A stretch of DNA of 64,000 bases, taken from Azolla caroliniana (Eukaryota; Plantae; Polypodiophyta). The translations under genes and the position numbers were made by a program. Below, piece by piece: positions 36,001 through 48,700 of the stretch; the first letter of the stretch is position 1, and every line of letters begins with the position of its first letter. The stretch spans positions 4,960,001 to 5,024,000 of the forward strand of contig JBHGNT010000018.1 in assembly GCA_043228905.1 (NCBI GenBank), in the 5' to 3' direction. A model generated the notes under the pieces. That model had not been told where the DNA came from. It was given only the letters and a program-made list of their open reading frames with translations, and did not search any database.

Positions 36001-38849
36001 TTCGTCTTCTAACTAGACCGGTTCAGGCTCACTAGCCTCATCCTCCGGTATCGGGTCGGGGTCGGAAGTCAGTAAGGCATACCATGATGCCGTTTCATCA
36101 AACTCTACATCCTAGCTAACTCGGACTTGCTTCGTCCGAGGGTTATAACACTTGTACCCCTTTTGCTCATGCGAGTAGTCGACTAGGATGCATTTCTCTG
36201 ACTTTGCATCCAACTTCCTGCACTTCACATCCGGCACATGTACATATGCAATGCTACCGAATATCCGAAGGTGTCGCAAATTCGGCTTGAGCCCGAAATA
36301 TAGCTCGTGCGCGGACACCTTGTCACCGATCCGGTTTTGGATGTAGACGACCATCTGGACTGCCTCCACCCAGTAGAAATGGGGCATGCTCTTCTCTTCC
36401 AGCATTGCCCTTGCCGCGTCGACAATTGACCGATTTTTCCTTTCGGCCACACCGTTTTGCTCCGGCGTATATCTGCAACTGAATTCGCGCCGAATTCCCA
36501 TTTGTTGTAGATACCCGTTGAATTGACCAGAAAAGTACTCTTTTCCGCCATCTGACCATAGGCACTTGATCTTCCTCTCAGTTTCCCGTTCAACAAGGCT
36601 TTGCAGGTTTCGGAAACACTTGAAGACTTCGTTCTTCCGCTCAATTAGGTAGATCCATGTGTGCCGGCTGTAGTCGTCGATGAAGGAGACGAAATATCGA
36701 ATCCCGCCAAGACTAACGCTTTGTGCCGGTCCCCATACATCCGAATGGATTAGGTCGAGCTTGTTACAATTCCGGTTTTGTTCGGTGGGGAATGGAAGCC
36801 CGTGTTGCTTCTCGAGTTGGTAGGCTTCACATACATGGGCCTTCCGGCCACTAAACTTCGGCAAACCGAAAACAACTTGTTTCGTTTGCAAGTCTTGAAG
36901 CCGCCGGTAATTGACGTGGCCGATCTGCTTGTGCCAGAGATCAATATCCGATTCAATCTTCTGTCCTTTGGCGAACAGCGCGATGCCGACATCATTGGTG
37001 TTGCGGATGAACATCCTCCCGTCTTTGTGCCCTTGCGCAATGAATTGGCCCTCCTCCTCGATGAAGCAACCGAGGTGCGTAAACTGCACCTACATTCCCT
37101 GGTCGACAATCTGTCCAACCAACACCAGGTTCTTTGTGATGGTCGGAACGTGTAATATGTTCATCAGCTTCCCCCTCTGTCTGACGTGGCTCAAAGGGAC
37201 TTCTCCGATGTGCACGATTGGGTGTGGAGTGTCGTCTCCGGTTTCGACGACTCCTGGTTTCGGTTTCTCCAAGAAAGAGAACCACTCTTTATGGCTCGTC
37301 ATGTGGTTTGACGCACCGAAATCAACGTACCACACTTCCTCCGATTTGGAAGTGGTCTTCTTCATTGAGTTAGCCTTGTGTTTCATCACCAAGGCTGGCC
37401 CTTGACCGGCTTTTCCGGTTTTGGATCCTCCCGATCCTTCTGCGTAGTGTGAGTATTGCCGGTTCTCTCTGCCAGATCCGGATTTGTCCGAATCGGCGTG
37501 TTTCTTCTAGCACTCGCTTACTCTGTGGCCCTTTTTACCACAGTACCAACATTCTGTGGCGGATTTGTCTTGCCGGCGTCCGGCGCCGCCTTGACTCCCC
37601 CTGGTTGTGGAGGTCCCGGAACTGCTGTCGGCACGATCTCTGTGCCGTCGGTCTTGCCCTTGCCAGATGCCTCCATTGCGTGCCGACCTGCCTCGTCCAC
37701 CACACCCATGGGGCCGATCTGCCTCTGTGTACAACATCCGGTTGTCGGTGGGTGCACTTGTTGACGCACCGGCATGGTTCTCCTCTACAAGGAGCATCGA
37801 CTATTAGTCGAAAAATGACGACGTATTCTCCCTCGTACATACTGTTGTCCAGAAAGCTTGGAACTTAGACGCTAGGCCCCCAAGACAGACCTGTACCATC
37901 TTGTCTTCCTCTACTGTGACGTTGATAGAGGCAAGCGAGTCACATATATCTTTGATTCGGGCCGTGTAATCAGCCACCGACATGTCCTTCTGTCGGACAT
38001 TGCTCAACTCCTGTCGGAGTTGCAGCTTCCGGGCTGTAGTGCTTGCGGTGAACACCTTCTTCAGGTTTCCCCAAGCCTCTTTCGGCGTCTTGGCATCTCG
38101 GATGTGGCTCAACAGCTGGTCTCCGACACTAGACGCAAAGCAGTACATCACTCTGCTTGCCGATTGTTCCCACACTGGGAAGTCCTTGTGTGTCGCATCA
38201 GGTGATGTGTCCTTAGCTCCATCGACATAGCTCCAGTAACCATGCCCAAGTAGGTATTGGTGCACCTTGTATGACCGAGATGCGTAGTTGGATCTATCGA
38301 GTTTCTCCACTGGGAGCGAGCTAGCCATTCCTCTATCCATTTGTTTTCTTTTTTCTGTTCTTCACAAAGGTTAGGTTTTCTTCTTGCGAAAGCGAATGTC
38401 AGCTATAGAGGTTCTCAACCCTCGCGCTCTGATACCATGTAGAAACAAATAGCATGCAGAAGCAATAGAAAACAAAAAACAGAAAATAGGTTTAATGGAG
38501 AGCTTAATAGTATGCGGGAGAGACAAAGAGAGAGAGCACACAAAAACTCAATTAAAAAATACTACTAAGTCTGTACATACAACGTGCTCAACAACACTAT
38601 TTATACAAGTCCTCATGGGACTGACAGAAGTACAACGTACTTCAATGCTCACACGAGCGTCTGACACTAACTACGAGACAATAACTACCTAGTAATCTAA
38701 GCTATTACTCGACTTCCAGTTACTGCTGGATCTGGCTAACCTGCTCCCCAGCTCACCAACTCTTTTGCTCACGGGCTCATCCTTCCGGATGTCGATCCGG
38801 CTCAGGCTTATTCAGCTGATCCAGATTCGGTTGAGCTTGCCGCTCAACA
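33025..38849 (-). mobile_element. Full-length Ty1/Copia LTR retrotransposon with degenerate ORFs
   Basis: Direct LTRs at 33025-33420 and 38438-38849 (TG...CA). TSD ATCAT at 33020-33024 and 38850-38854. PBS tRNA-iMet (gctctgatacca, 38426-38437). PPT complement ctccccctc at 33421. Gag (37804-38340), CCHC knuckle, PR (WYVDFGASNHMT), INT (36112-37089), RT (YVDD, 34876-35634) and RH are in Copia order, with many stops. Confidence 0.97.
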
Positions 38850-39870
38850 ATCATGTATCAGACTTTCCTATTTCACGACTCCCATCAATCCATAGGTTTT
38901 TAGCATGCAAAGATCTGTGACTTTGTCAGCTTTAACCCCTTCAGCTTTCATTTTTCAAAGATTTCAAAGCTGAAAAATCTTTATTATTCCGCACCTGCCT
39001 AGAAATCATTGTGTTGTAAGTCAGCACATCTCGATTATGTTGCTTAGAAAAAACTGTGATTGCTTCTTCCATGTTTCTAAATCTAACATACATGCGCATA
39101 TGCATACATTCATGGTTGTGTAATTTTCTTTTCCTCCAAAATTCCCATTCCTCACTTCTATCATCTTTTAGTACCTTTATATTTATTTACTTTCCTTTAA
39201 GCTCAAGAAGCTGACCTAAAACATTTAACTAGTCAAAAGAAAGCCTCCAAACCATCTTGTTTCAGGCATTCGAGGATCTCATGGTTCTCTCTAAATCTTC
39301 ATTTAAAATTGCACATACTGCCAATATGGGTCCATAGATCCTACCCTTACACCACGTAAGACCAAAATTGTTGATCCCACTTGTTTTACCAAAATGAAAG
39401 ATGAGTGAAAAATTTGGGAATACACCCTCCATTTGCATTTGGTTCAACATATATTGAAGCTCTTCAACATAACCCTACTCAGCATATTCACAAATTAATG
39501 TGCAAGATACTACATTTCTAGCTGGTAGTCCTGCTCAACGTACCGTGAGATAAATGTTGTCCACTCAGGAAATAAACCATCTAACTAAAACTGTGTAAAA
39601 CAATGTAACACTTTGATATTGGCCCAAACTTGGCACATCCTGAAAGTAGTGTGTTCCACAACACTATGTAACTGATCTTGATTTGGCTATGAATCAAAAA
39701 TATGTTGTGCATCAAAGCATCCATCTTCTTGCACAAGCATTCGAGGATAGAATTGTACAGCATCCTCGTTCTTACCATGCTCAATATAGCCCAATAACAT
39801 GGCAGCCCATTGTACCTGAATACATCCTAATACAACACATTTTGACATGTTGAGATACAAGCTCAACATT
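38850..39870 (-). pseudogene. PLS-class PPR gene debris, 5' side
   Basis: Motifs WAAMLLGYIEHGKNEDA, WNTLLSGCAKFG and QMQMEGVFPN. Joins across the Copia insertion to give LIHDQVIGNGFDSDVF. Confidence 0.8.
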
Positions 39871-39967
39871 GGGTGTGTAAAAAAGTGCGTAGACTAGGTG
39901 CGTAAACCGGGTGCACAACAAGATGCCGTAGCGGTGCGTAAACTGGGAGGCCGTTGGATAGATATTC

Positions 39968-41032
39968 TGTAGAGGAATATATTTCGGGAGTTAGTGTGGA
40001 GGCTCATTGATGAGCATTGAAGTACATGTCAGTACTTCTGTCAGTCCCTATGGACTTGTATAATGCTCTTTGAGCACATCCTATGTACAAAGTTTTAGAG
40101 TATTGTTTTGGAATTGAGTTTTCTGTGTTCTTCTCTCTTTGTCTCTCCTGCGTACGATGTGTTGATTAATCTTTCCATTAAACCTTCCTCATCTTCGTTG
40201 TCTTTTGTTTGTTGTTACTCGGTTGTGTCTGTTAAGCTTCCGCATGTTATCGAGGAATTACGCATGCATGTGCGAAACAAAGGTGGGACCACAAAGGCCT
40301 CGGACCAAGGAGCACAAGAAGAGAAAGAAGCAAAACAACACATGATTATCAACAAGAAAAGTACCAACGATTAATTAGGGAAACAAAGTAATTACAATCG
40401 GCTCAGCCGGGTTTGAGCTATGAGCTAAGCGAACAACGCACACACCCACACACCAAGATACCACAAGGAGCCTTTGACGGGAGCACGCGAGTAGAGGCGT
40501 CCGTGCCAACAAAAATGAAGCAGAGAGCAGAGAGTGGGTGCTCGGTTCCCAGTCTAACAACACTTCCTTCTCCCTAAACGTGCGATCCCCCAACTTAGTC
40601 CTCTCTCCCTCCCTTTATAGACCAAGGAGAGAGAGGGTTGTTTCATCAAGTAGTTAATCTCTGCCATTTCAGACAGAGATTCGCCTAGATTTATTCATGT
40701 GTTTAATTCGTCCTATTAAAGTTTCCTACATCACGCTGACCTAGCCTAGTCCTAGGTTATTTACAAGCATAGTTTATAATCTGCGTGCATTCGTGCATGT
40801 TGCGGTTCCCACGCCTATGGTCTCCGTTTCTTCTTGTAGCCGGTTTTCCCCACGACATCCACCCCCACCAAACCGCATGTCCACCGGTATGTGCCGATAT
40901 ATATATATATATATATATATATGGGGAAGAACCGGCCATTTATCACTCGTCGTCCTCCGATCAGTCAACCTTCCCGCTTGTGTCCGCTCTTTCTGGGCCG
41001 TCATTCTCGTCTTCGCAACCCGGGTCCGGCTC
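39968..41032. mobile_element. Probable LTR fragments (truncated nested remnants), including (AT)n at 40897-40922
   Basis: TG start at 39968, TATA-like tataat, cttccgc motif, then a second block with ccctttatag. Boundaries unresolved. Confidence 0.35.
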
Positions 41033-44030
41033 TGTTAGGATCTCGGTCCCTCCAGATGGGATGATGAAGGCCCAGTGAGAACCGCTCATAGGATGAAGGC
41101 ACATATATGTAAATATGTTCCAGAGAGCCCATTGGGGCTATATTTGTAAATAACCCGAAAGTCATATTAATATAAATATGACCTAGGGCAAACTCAATGT
41201 AGTTTTTTTATATAGAGTTATTAGTGTAACTTCTGTACATGATGCAAGTGTGAGAGTGAGAGCGATACAGAGTGTGTGTCTCTACTGTAATCGCCGCCAG
41301 GTGAAGGTTGAGAGCACAAGGTCGTTGCCTTTGTGCTCCCATGTTGTATTCTCTATACATAGTGATAGTTCGGGGTCTGTGGGCTCCCGTGGTTTTTTTC
41401 CCGTTTAGGGTTTCCACGTTAACATATTGTGTATCCTCTTTCATATTGTCTGGGTATATGTGCATTTACCCTCATTGCCCATTTCTTCTGTGGTTGTGAT
41501 TTTAACGAAGTGATTGAAGTCTCGGTTGTGGCTGAGCATTATTCCTCGTATTCGTTACAAACTGGTATCAGAACCAAATGACACAAAAAAAATGGAAGAT
41601 TCGTTGGGAGGCATGTTCAAGCTCACTGGCTCCAACTACTCAGTGTGGAAGTCGAAGATGAGGGACATGCTCGTGGTTAAAGATCTTTGGTTGCCGGTTC
41701 AATTCGGGGACAAAAGACCGGACAAGATCGATGCCACGATATGGGAGGTGATGCACATGAAGACAACGACGTACATACAGTGCTTCATCGACATGAGCAT
41801 GTACAACAACTTCAATGAAGAGAGCAAGGCTCATGAGCTCTGGGAGAAGATCGTCATTATGTTTCAGAACAAAAATGCTGTGAATCGGGTTTCGGTATTC
41901 CGGAAGCTAGTGCGGCTTCGGTACCAAGATGGCTCCAGTATGGCGGAGCACATGAATGCATTCCAGGGGTTGATTCACCAGGAAACATCATTGGAAGTAC
42001 CTCTCGCCGATGAGGTACTAGCATTAATCCTACTTGGCTCCCTCCTGGATAGCTGGGAGACGTTAGTTGTCACTTTGGGCAACGCCGGGCCGGAAGGGAA
42101 ACAGTTATCCCTAGCAAGAGTCAAGTCGAGCTTGCTAGATGAGGATGCACATTGGAAAGACAAGGATATGAGCTCTGAATCCAAAGCGCTCCTTACCAAA
42201 TTGGAATGCGGAAGACAAAGGAACCGTAGTCCCCAGAACTGGGAAAAGTTGGGGACACGGTCAAAGTCAAGGTGAAGGCCCACTTGCTTCTATTGTGGGA
42301 AGCCGGGGCACTTCCAGAAGAACTGTCGGCATTTCCGGAAAGAGAAGGAAACCGAGAATACCGATTCGAAGTGGTCATAGGACCGGAACGGTAAAGACCG
42401 AAGGGGACCGGACTGGAAGGGAACGATGGCAACCGCGGCAAGTGAAGAAGAGTTGGTGCTCATCACTGAGGAGAGTGAGTTGAACCTTGCTGGCGACGAG
42501 ACGACGTGGGTTGTTGACTCAAGAGCGTCGTTCCACCTTACCCCGGGCCGAAAATGCTTCTCATCCTACACAGCTGGCGAGCACGATTGTGTCCGGATGG
42601 GGGATGAAGGTACATGCTGAATTGTCGGCATAGGAGACGTGTGGTTGACAACACCAACTAGATGCAAGTTGCTGCTGAAGGATGTCCGACACGTTCTGGA
42701 GGTTCGATTGAACCTAATATCAGCCGATCGGCTGGATGACAAAGGCTACATAGGTAGCATCCGGAACAGAGTCATGAAATTTAACAAAGGGAGCCTGATA
42801 GTGGCTCGGGCTCGGAAAGTCAACACGTTGTACCTGATGAATGCCTGGTTATGCCCGGAAGAAGTGAACGTTGCATCCAACACTGCCGATGAGCTGTGGC
42901 ACAAGAGATTGTGTCACATGAGCGAGAAGGGGATGAGGAGGCTTGCCGATGACAACCTCATTCCGGTGAAGAACGTGCATCTTGAGAGGTGCACCGACTG
43001 CCTGGCCAGTAAGCAAAACCGGACCTCCTTCCGATCAAGGCCACCGATGAGACGTAATGCACCACTGGAGTTGGTGCATACCGATGTGTGTCAAATGGAC
43101 ACAAAGTCACATGCCGGAGCGCAGTACTTCGTGATGGTCATAGACGACCACAACCGGAAGCTGTGGGCCACACCATTGAAGACGAAGGATCAGGTGTTAT
43201 GCGTCTTCAAGGAGCTCCACGCAAGAGTGGAAATAGAAACCGGCCGGAAGCTGAAGGCAGTTCGAGTAGATAACGGAGGAGAATACCGGGGACAATTCGA
43301 GGAGTACTGCCGCTCGAAGGGAATCCGGTTCGAATTTACCATGCCGAAGACGCTGGAACTCAATGGGCTGGCCGAGAGGATGAACCGGGCCATAATGGAG
43401 AGGGTCGGAGTATGCTAGCACATGCAAAGTTACCCAAGACGTTTTGGGCTGAGGCGCGGGTGACAACGACGTACGTGATAAACAAATCACCCTCAGTGCC
43501 CTTGGACGGAGACAAGCCGCAGAGATTGTGGACCGGTAAGGAAGTGACTTACTAGCATCTAAAGGTTTTCGGGTGTCTCGCTTATGTGCATGTGGCAAAG
43601 GACCGGAGAGCAAAGTTGGACCCAAAGTCCCGGCCTTGCATATATTCCTCGGATATGGTGACGATAGGTTCGGCTACCAAGTGTGGGATCCGGTCGACAA
43701 GAAAGTTTTCCAGAGTCGAGATATTATCTTCATAGAGGACAAGACTCTTGCCGACTGGGAGTCGGAGAAGAAGATAATGAACTCCGAGTCGACTGGAAAG
43801 GACCAATTCGATGAGATACGGATCTACCCGGCTAAGAGCTGGTTGACACTCGAAGAACCGACCGGTTACGGAGAGGACACCGAACCGGCAGAAGAAGAAG
43901 AGGAAGAAGGAACCAGAACCGGCCAAGATCCCGAATCGGATTCGGATGAAGATCAAACAGAAGAGCCGGTTGCGGAAAGCCAAGGACGCAAGTATCCTCT
44001 AAGAGAGAGAAGGCCCCCCCGGAGATTTCC
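41033..44030 (+). mobile_element. Copia (Tnt1/Tork-like) 5' half: LTR 41033-41559, PBS, gag-PR-INT; cut off after the integrase
   Basis: LTR tgttagg...ttaca. PBS tggtatcaga at 41563. Motifs MFKLTGSNYSVWKSKM, CFYCGKPGHFQKNC, WVVDSRASFH, LWHKRLCHMSEKGM, LVHTDVC, VDNGGEY and NGLAERMNR. Sequence changes abruptly at ~44030. Confidence 0.93.
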
Positions 44031-45783
44031 TTAGGGCTGGACAATGGCCTAACACAGGGTGTCTACGGAAGACACTTCACCAAAGGGGTGCTACGGCGAG
44101 ATAACTTAAGACTCAACGATTAATCAGACTTTAATTGGTTACTTAGCAATATGGCATTAGACTTGATACACGTGTATGATAGAACAATTAGCACAGAACG
44201 GTAATCAACACTTAAAGATAAAACAAGAAGCTCTAAAATTATCCGTCAAAGTTTTACATTGTAATTGGGCCTTTATATAGGTCACTGGTGCTGAGTACAA
44301 AACGGTGCCAACCGGCACCTATTCGGAACCGGTCCGGATCCGGATCAACATACCAATTCTGGTCCGTCCATTCACGTCTCATAAACTACTTAATTATAAT
44401 AGATTCTGAATATACAATCCCTTTCACATTCTGGTCTTTAACTCCTTTGCCGGCCGGGTAACACATGGCACGCCCGGGTAACCTTGTACGTCGAATCCCA
44501 CTATCCGGCCCTTAGCCTTCGTCCAAGATATCCAGAATACTCTACTCCAGGGTGTCCAATGGTTCTTTGGGAATCTGTTGTTGCTATTGTTGTTGTGGCT
44601 GCTGTTGTTCCGGCTCCGGCTCCTCCGACTGTTGCTCCTTGGATGGAGTCAGTTCGGCTCCTGGTACCGACGGTTGTGGCGGTGATTCCTCCGTCAGCTA
44701 CTCTGCCAGATTTGACTCCGGTTGACTTGCCCCGGCCTTGTCCCCGTTCGGTCCTTGCCCTGATGATGGCTCCTGATCGCTGAGGTTGACGGTCGCCGCC
44801 TGCCTTGCTTCTTCTTGCCGTAGCCTAATTCGCTCATGTAGTAGTCGTCGCCATCCTTTTGCCAGTTTTCTGCGTCTGCGCTTAGCAATTGGAGCTCGGC
44901 TGTGTGCTTTGCCCATTTGTCCCACCATTGCATGGAGCTTTCGTCAATCAAGCGTTTTGTCTTGTTACTCCATGCCTGGACAATGAACTGGATCCGCTCA
45001 AGTCCCATCTTCGATTTGTCCTCCGCGGCTTGTTGTTCTTCCATCAATTGCTTGATCAGCCTCACCATGTCAGCCTCCTGCTCCTGGTAATGTGACAATT
45101 GGTTTTGGTAGGTGTTCTGCAACCTCTGCAATACCATTATCGCTCTTTCCTTTTCTTCATAATGCTGCTTTTGGAGCTCCATACGTTCCTGCGTGGCTTC
45201 CTCCAGTAGTGTTGTTCTTTCAGCCCGTTCTTTAGGTATTGCTGTCTCGGCTCGATGAACTTCTTGCCGGAGCTCTGCTATCTTCTCCTGCTACTTCTTA
45301 TACTCCGTATCCAGGTGCTTATAGTCCCGGTGCAGGTGCTCAAAATCATCGGTCTTCTGCTTCAACTTCTGGTTGAGTTGCCGGCGAGCGCTTGCGCCGC
45401 CACTGTCTCCGGGACTAGTTCCGTCTCCAGGGTCCTATTACTATGTATAGGTGCTGGTGTGTCTTTATTCTGTACATCTACTGGAGTCCCCGGTGCTTGG
45501 ATCAGTGGTCCGGTTAAGGCCATTTTGGCCAATTCCGGTTCTGGTTCCGGTTCCACCTTTGGTGCGGGATGCTCAGTGTGGGGTAGAGGCGTTCCATCCT
45601 TCATCCTTCTTTGGGTCCGAACGCTCCCCGACCTATTCTATGGTGCTTGCCTTCTGGCGCTGTTGGAGGTGCTCTAACGGTTCCTCCTCTGCTTCCTCCT
45701 CCTGAGTCCCGATGTTGACTTTTGCTGCCAAGGGGTTCAGCTCTTGTTGAACCGGTCGGTGAAATATGATATTGATTGGCCGT
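44031..45783 (+). mobile_element. Tat/OTA-like Gypsy 5' LTR (~44031-44463), PBS tggcacgccc (tRNA-Arg-like) and internal region carrying an antisense ORF
   Basis: LTR ends gggtaaca, followed by tggcacgcccgg at 44466. cctttatatagg motif present. Minus-strand coiled-coil ORF pieces at 44694-45182 and upstream. Lineage assignment is tentative because no gag/pol of this element is visible. Confidence 0.55.
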
Positions 45784-48700
45784 TGTCGTGAAGAAAACCG
45801 TCCCTTAGCGCAATCGGTGCATAGCGTGCGTGAACCGGCTCTTCACTCGTGCGCGCCATTTAATGTATATAATAGGGAATTAGGTACATAGGTATATCTG
45901 GGTAGTTAGATTTGGTAGGTAGGAAGTAAATGAAGGAGACGGCTCCCTTCTTGAAGCTATAAGAGAGAGGGAGACGCGGGGAGAAGGGGATCGCGCATTG
46001 AGGAGGACGAAGTCCTGTCAGACCGTAACCGAACGCTTCTCCTCTGTTTGTTCTCTATTGCTCTTCTCTGCAGGTTTTCGGGAGGCTCGCGCTGCTTTGA
46101 GGAACGCCCGTGTGCTTCCGACAGCACCTCCATCCTATCCCCTTTCATGCGCAGACGAACAGGCATCGGCATTTGTTCGCCGGCCTGTTCGGTTGTAACC
46201 GCTCGCGTGCTCTGTTGTGTATTTGTTATTCGTTAATATACAAACTTTCGTGTCTCTCTGTCTCTGTGTCCATTCGTGTTTTCTGCGTTGACGGGCCGTG
46301 TCCCTGTGTTTCTTCGCTCATACGTAACCGGTCGTCTCTCTCTTTCTCTTTCCCCTCCTATCACCTGCTCTTCGGTTCAAGACCCCGGTGGTCCCGCCTC
46401 GTTTCTCCACGCATGCGCGTTGTAACGCGACATATTTGGTGAACCTGACGTGAAACAGGCGGCAGAGGAGCAGAAGATGAGGGGGTCGGATCTTGCAGAG
46501 GCCATGGCTTCGGCCGTGGACCGGATAGTGAACGCGCGCGAGGGCACCGACGCCCTTGACAAGGCTATTGAGGCGATCGTCGGTATGATCGGCCGGTTCA
46601 GTGGAAAGGATGCCACGAGTTATTTGGCATCCTACCGGGCGGAGATGTTGATGAGGGATGTTCTGGAAGAGAGGCGTCTTGCCGGATTCCCTCGAGTGGC
46701 GATGCTGGGCATCCATGCGGAGGTGCTCGAGGTCCGGGCGGAGAGCCGGACCTGGGAGGAGTTCGAAGGACGGCTCCTGGAGAAATACGGGCTGGATGAC
46801 TTGCTTCGACTTTCGAAGCGGGGCTTCATGGAGTGGGTGGAGTCCCCCAACAAAGGAAGAAATGCGTCGGCACTCCTCCGGGAGTTTGAGGATCGCTTTG
46901 CGCGCCTTTCGGCGCTCGATCAGACCGTTTTGGACACAAGTCGTGTCCTACTGTTTGTCAAATCGGTTGACGCACGGGATCGGGAGCAAGTGGGCTCCTT
47001 ACTGGAAACCGAAGACGGGCTGACGACCGATTGGGCCGTGGTAAAAAGAGTCTGTGGTCGTTTTGACAAACGGTGGGAGTGGGCTGATACAGGGGCGACC
47101 GGGGCGGGTCCTGTCGCAGCAAGGAATCTCGAACCGATACTGCAGGCGCGATGGGAAGAGACCCGGGAGTGGGTCGAAACCGGTTCGGCTTCGACCGGCG
47201 TGGTTAGAGGCTCGTCCGGGGGGACAGCTTTGGAGTAGTTGACACGGGCGGTAAAGGATCTCCAGATCGCCCAGGCTCGGAGGGAAGGCGGCGATCAGGC
47301 TCGTGACCGACGGCCTCCGACAAGAAATAGGTGCATGTGGTGCGACGAGGTCGGCCACATCCGGAAAGACTGTGAGGACTTTACGGAGGCTTTGAGAAGC
47401 CGGGTAGTGTACCTGTGGGAAGGTCGGGTGCACGCCAGCGATACCCAAAGGGCCCTGAACCGGAACGACGGGCGAGGAGGAATGAAAAGGCTGATGGAAG
47501 AGGCGGCGGCCCGGCATGCGGAGACCGTCCACTACTCAACATCAGCCGGTATTCGGGTCGGAGGCAGCGAGGCCCGGAAGGAGAGCAAAGCCGGGTTCTG
47601 GCCGACGGTGCTGGAAGGCCTCGCCGGTGCCTGACTAAAGAAAGACGAGGCGGACGGCGCGGAGAAGCGGGTCCAAGGGGTAACGGGTGGAGTGACCCGG
47701 TCGAAGAAAAGACAGGTTTCGTCGAAGCAGCTTGCCAGAACTACGAGGCTCTGGTTGAAGACAAACGGGTAGGTAAAACCGGAGGGGCCGGACCCTCACA
47801 AAGATACGAAACCCGATTCGGGCCGAAACGGAACGAGGCCGGTGAGTCTAGTGCCCGGGATAACCACAAGAAGGGCGGATACCGTTTGGGCACGGAGATC
47901 GAAAGGACCACGGACCTACGAAAGGTCCTGGAAGAACGAATCCTCGACAACAAGGTGGAACTGTCGTTGCGGGAGGTGCTCGGAATCGCCAAGAAGGAGT
48001 TCCACGACTCCATCGTAGACTTGGTGAAGAGGAAGAGGCTGTCGACGGAGGCAGAACCGGAAAGGCCGGTGGAGGTGCGGACGACGCACATAGAGGACAT
48101 GGCGCTGGAAGACGAGTAGGCGGAGAGCCACTATTCGAGGCCACACTGGGCCCGAGCGACCACGGACACCCCGGTGAAGATCGGAGATGTTCAGGAACCG
48201 ATGGTGGCGCTGGTGGACCATGGTTCGGAAATAAACCTGATGTCCATGGACTTCCACAAGAAGGGGAAATGACCGATCAACATCAAGCACAGGTGGAAGA
48301 TACGGGCGGCGACGCGCGCCACCGAGGAACTACACGGGGCCTACCCAAACGTGCGAGTCAAGATCGGCGACGTCGAGATAGACCAGCACTTCTTTGTGCA
48401 GGAGACGTCCTCGCACCCGGTCATACTGGGAGAACCGTACATTACGGCAGCGCGAATGGAGACCAAGGTGCTGGACAACGGGTCAGCTTACGCGAGGGTC
48501 AAGAGTCAGGACGGGCGTCATTCGGTCCAGTTCCTGACAGTGCGACCGAACCACGAGCGAAACTGCGAGTCCCTCGGTGGCGAGAACCGAGAGGATTTTT
48601 AGAGAGGGCTGTCAAGGCGTGGGGCCGCGACAGTACGGACAGTCCGGGAAAACCCCACAAATGTACGATAGAGGCGAAACCGAAGAAACCTTGTAACATA

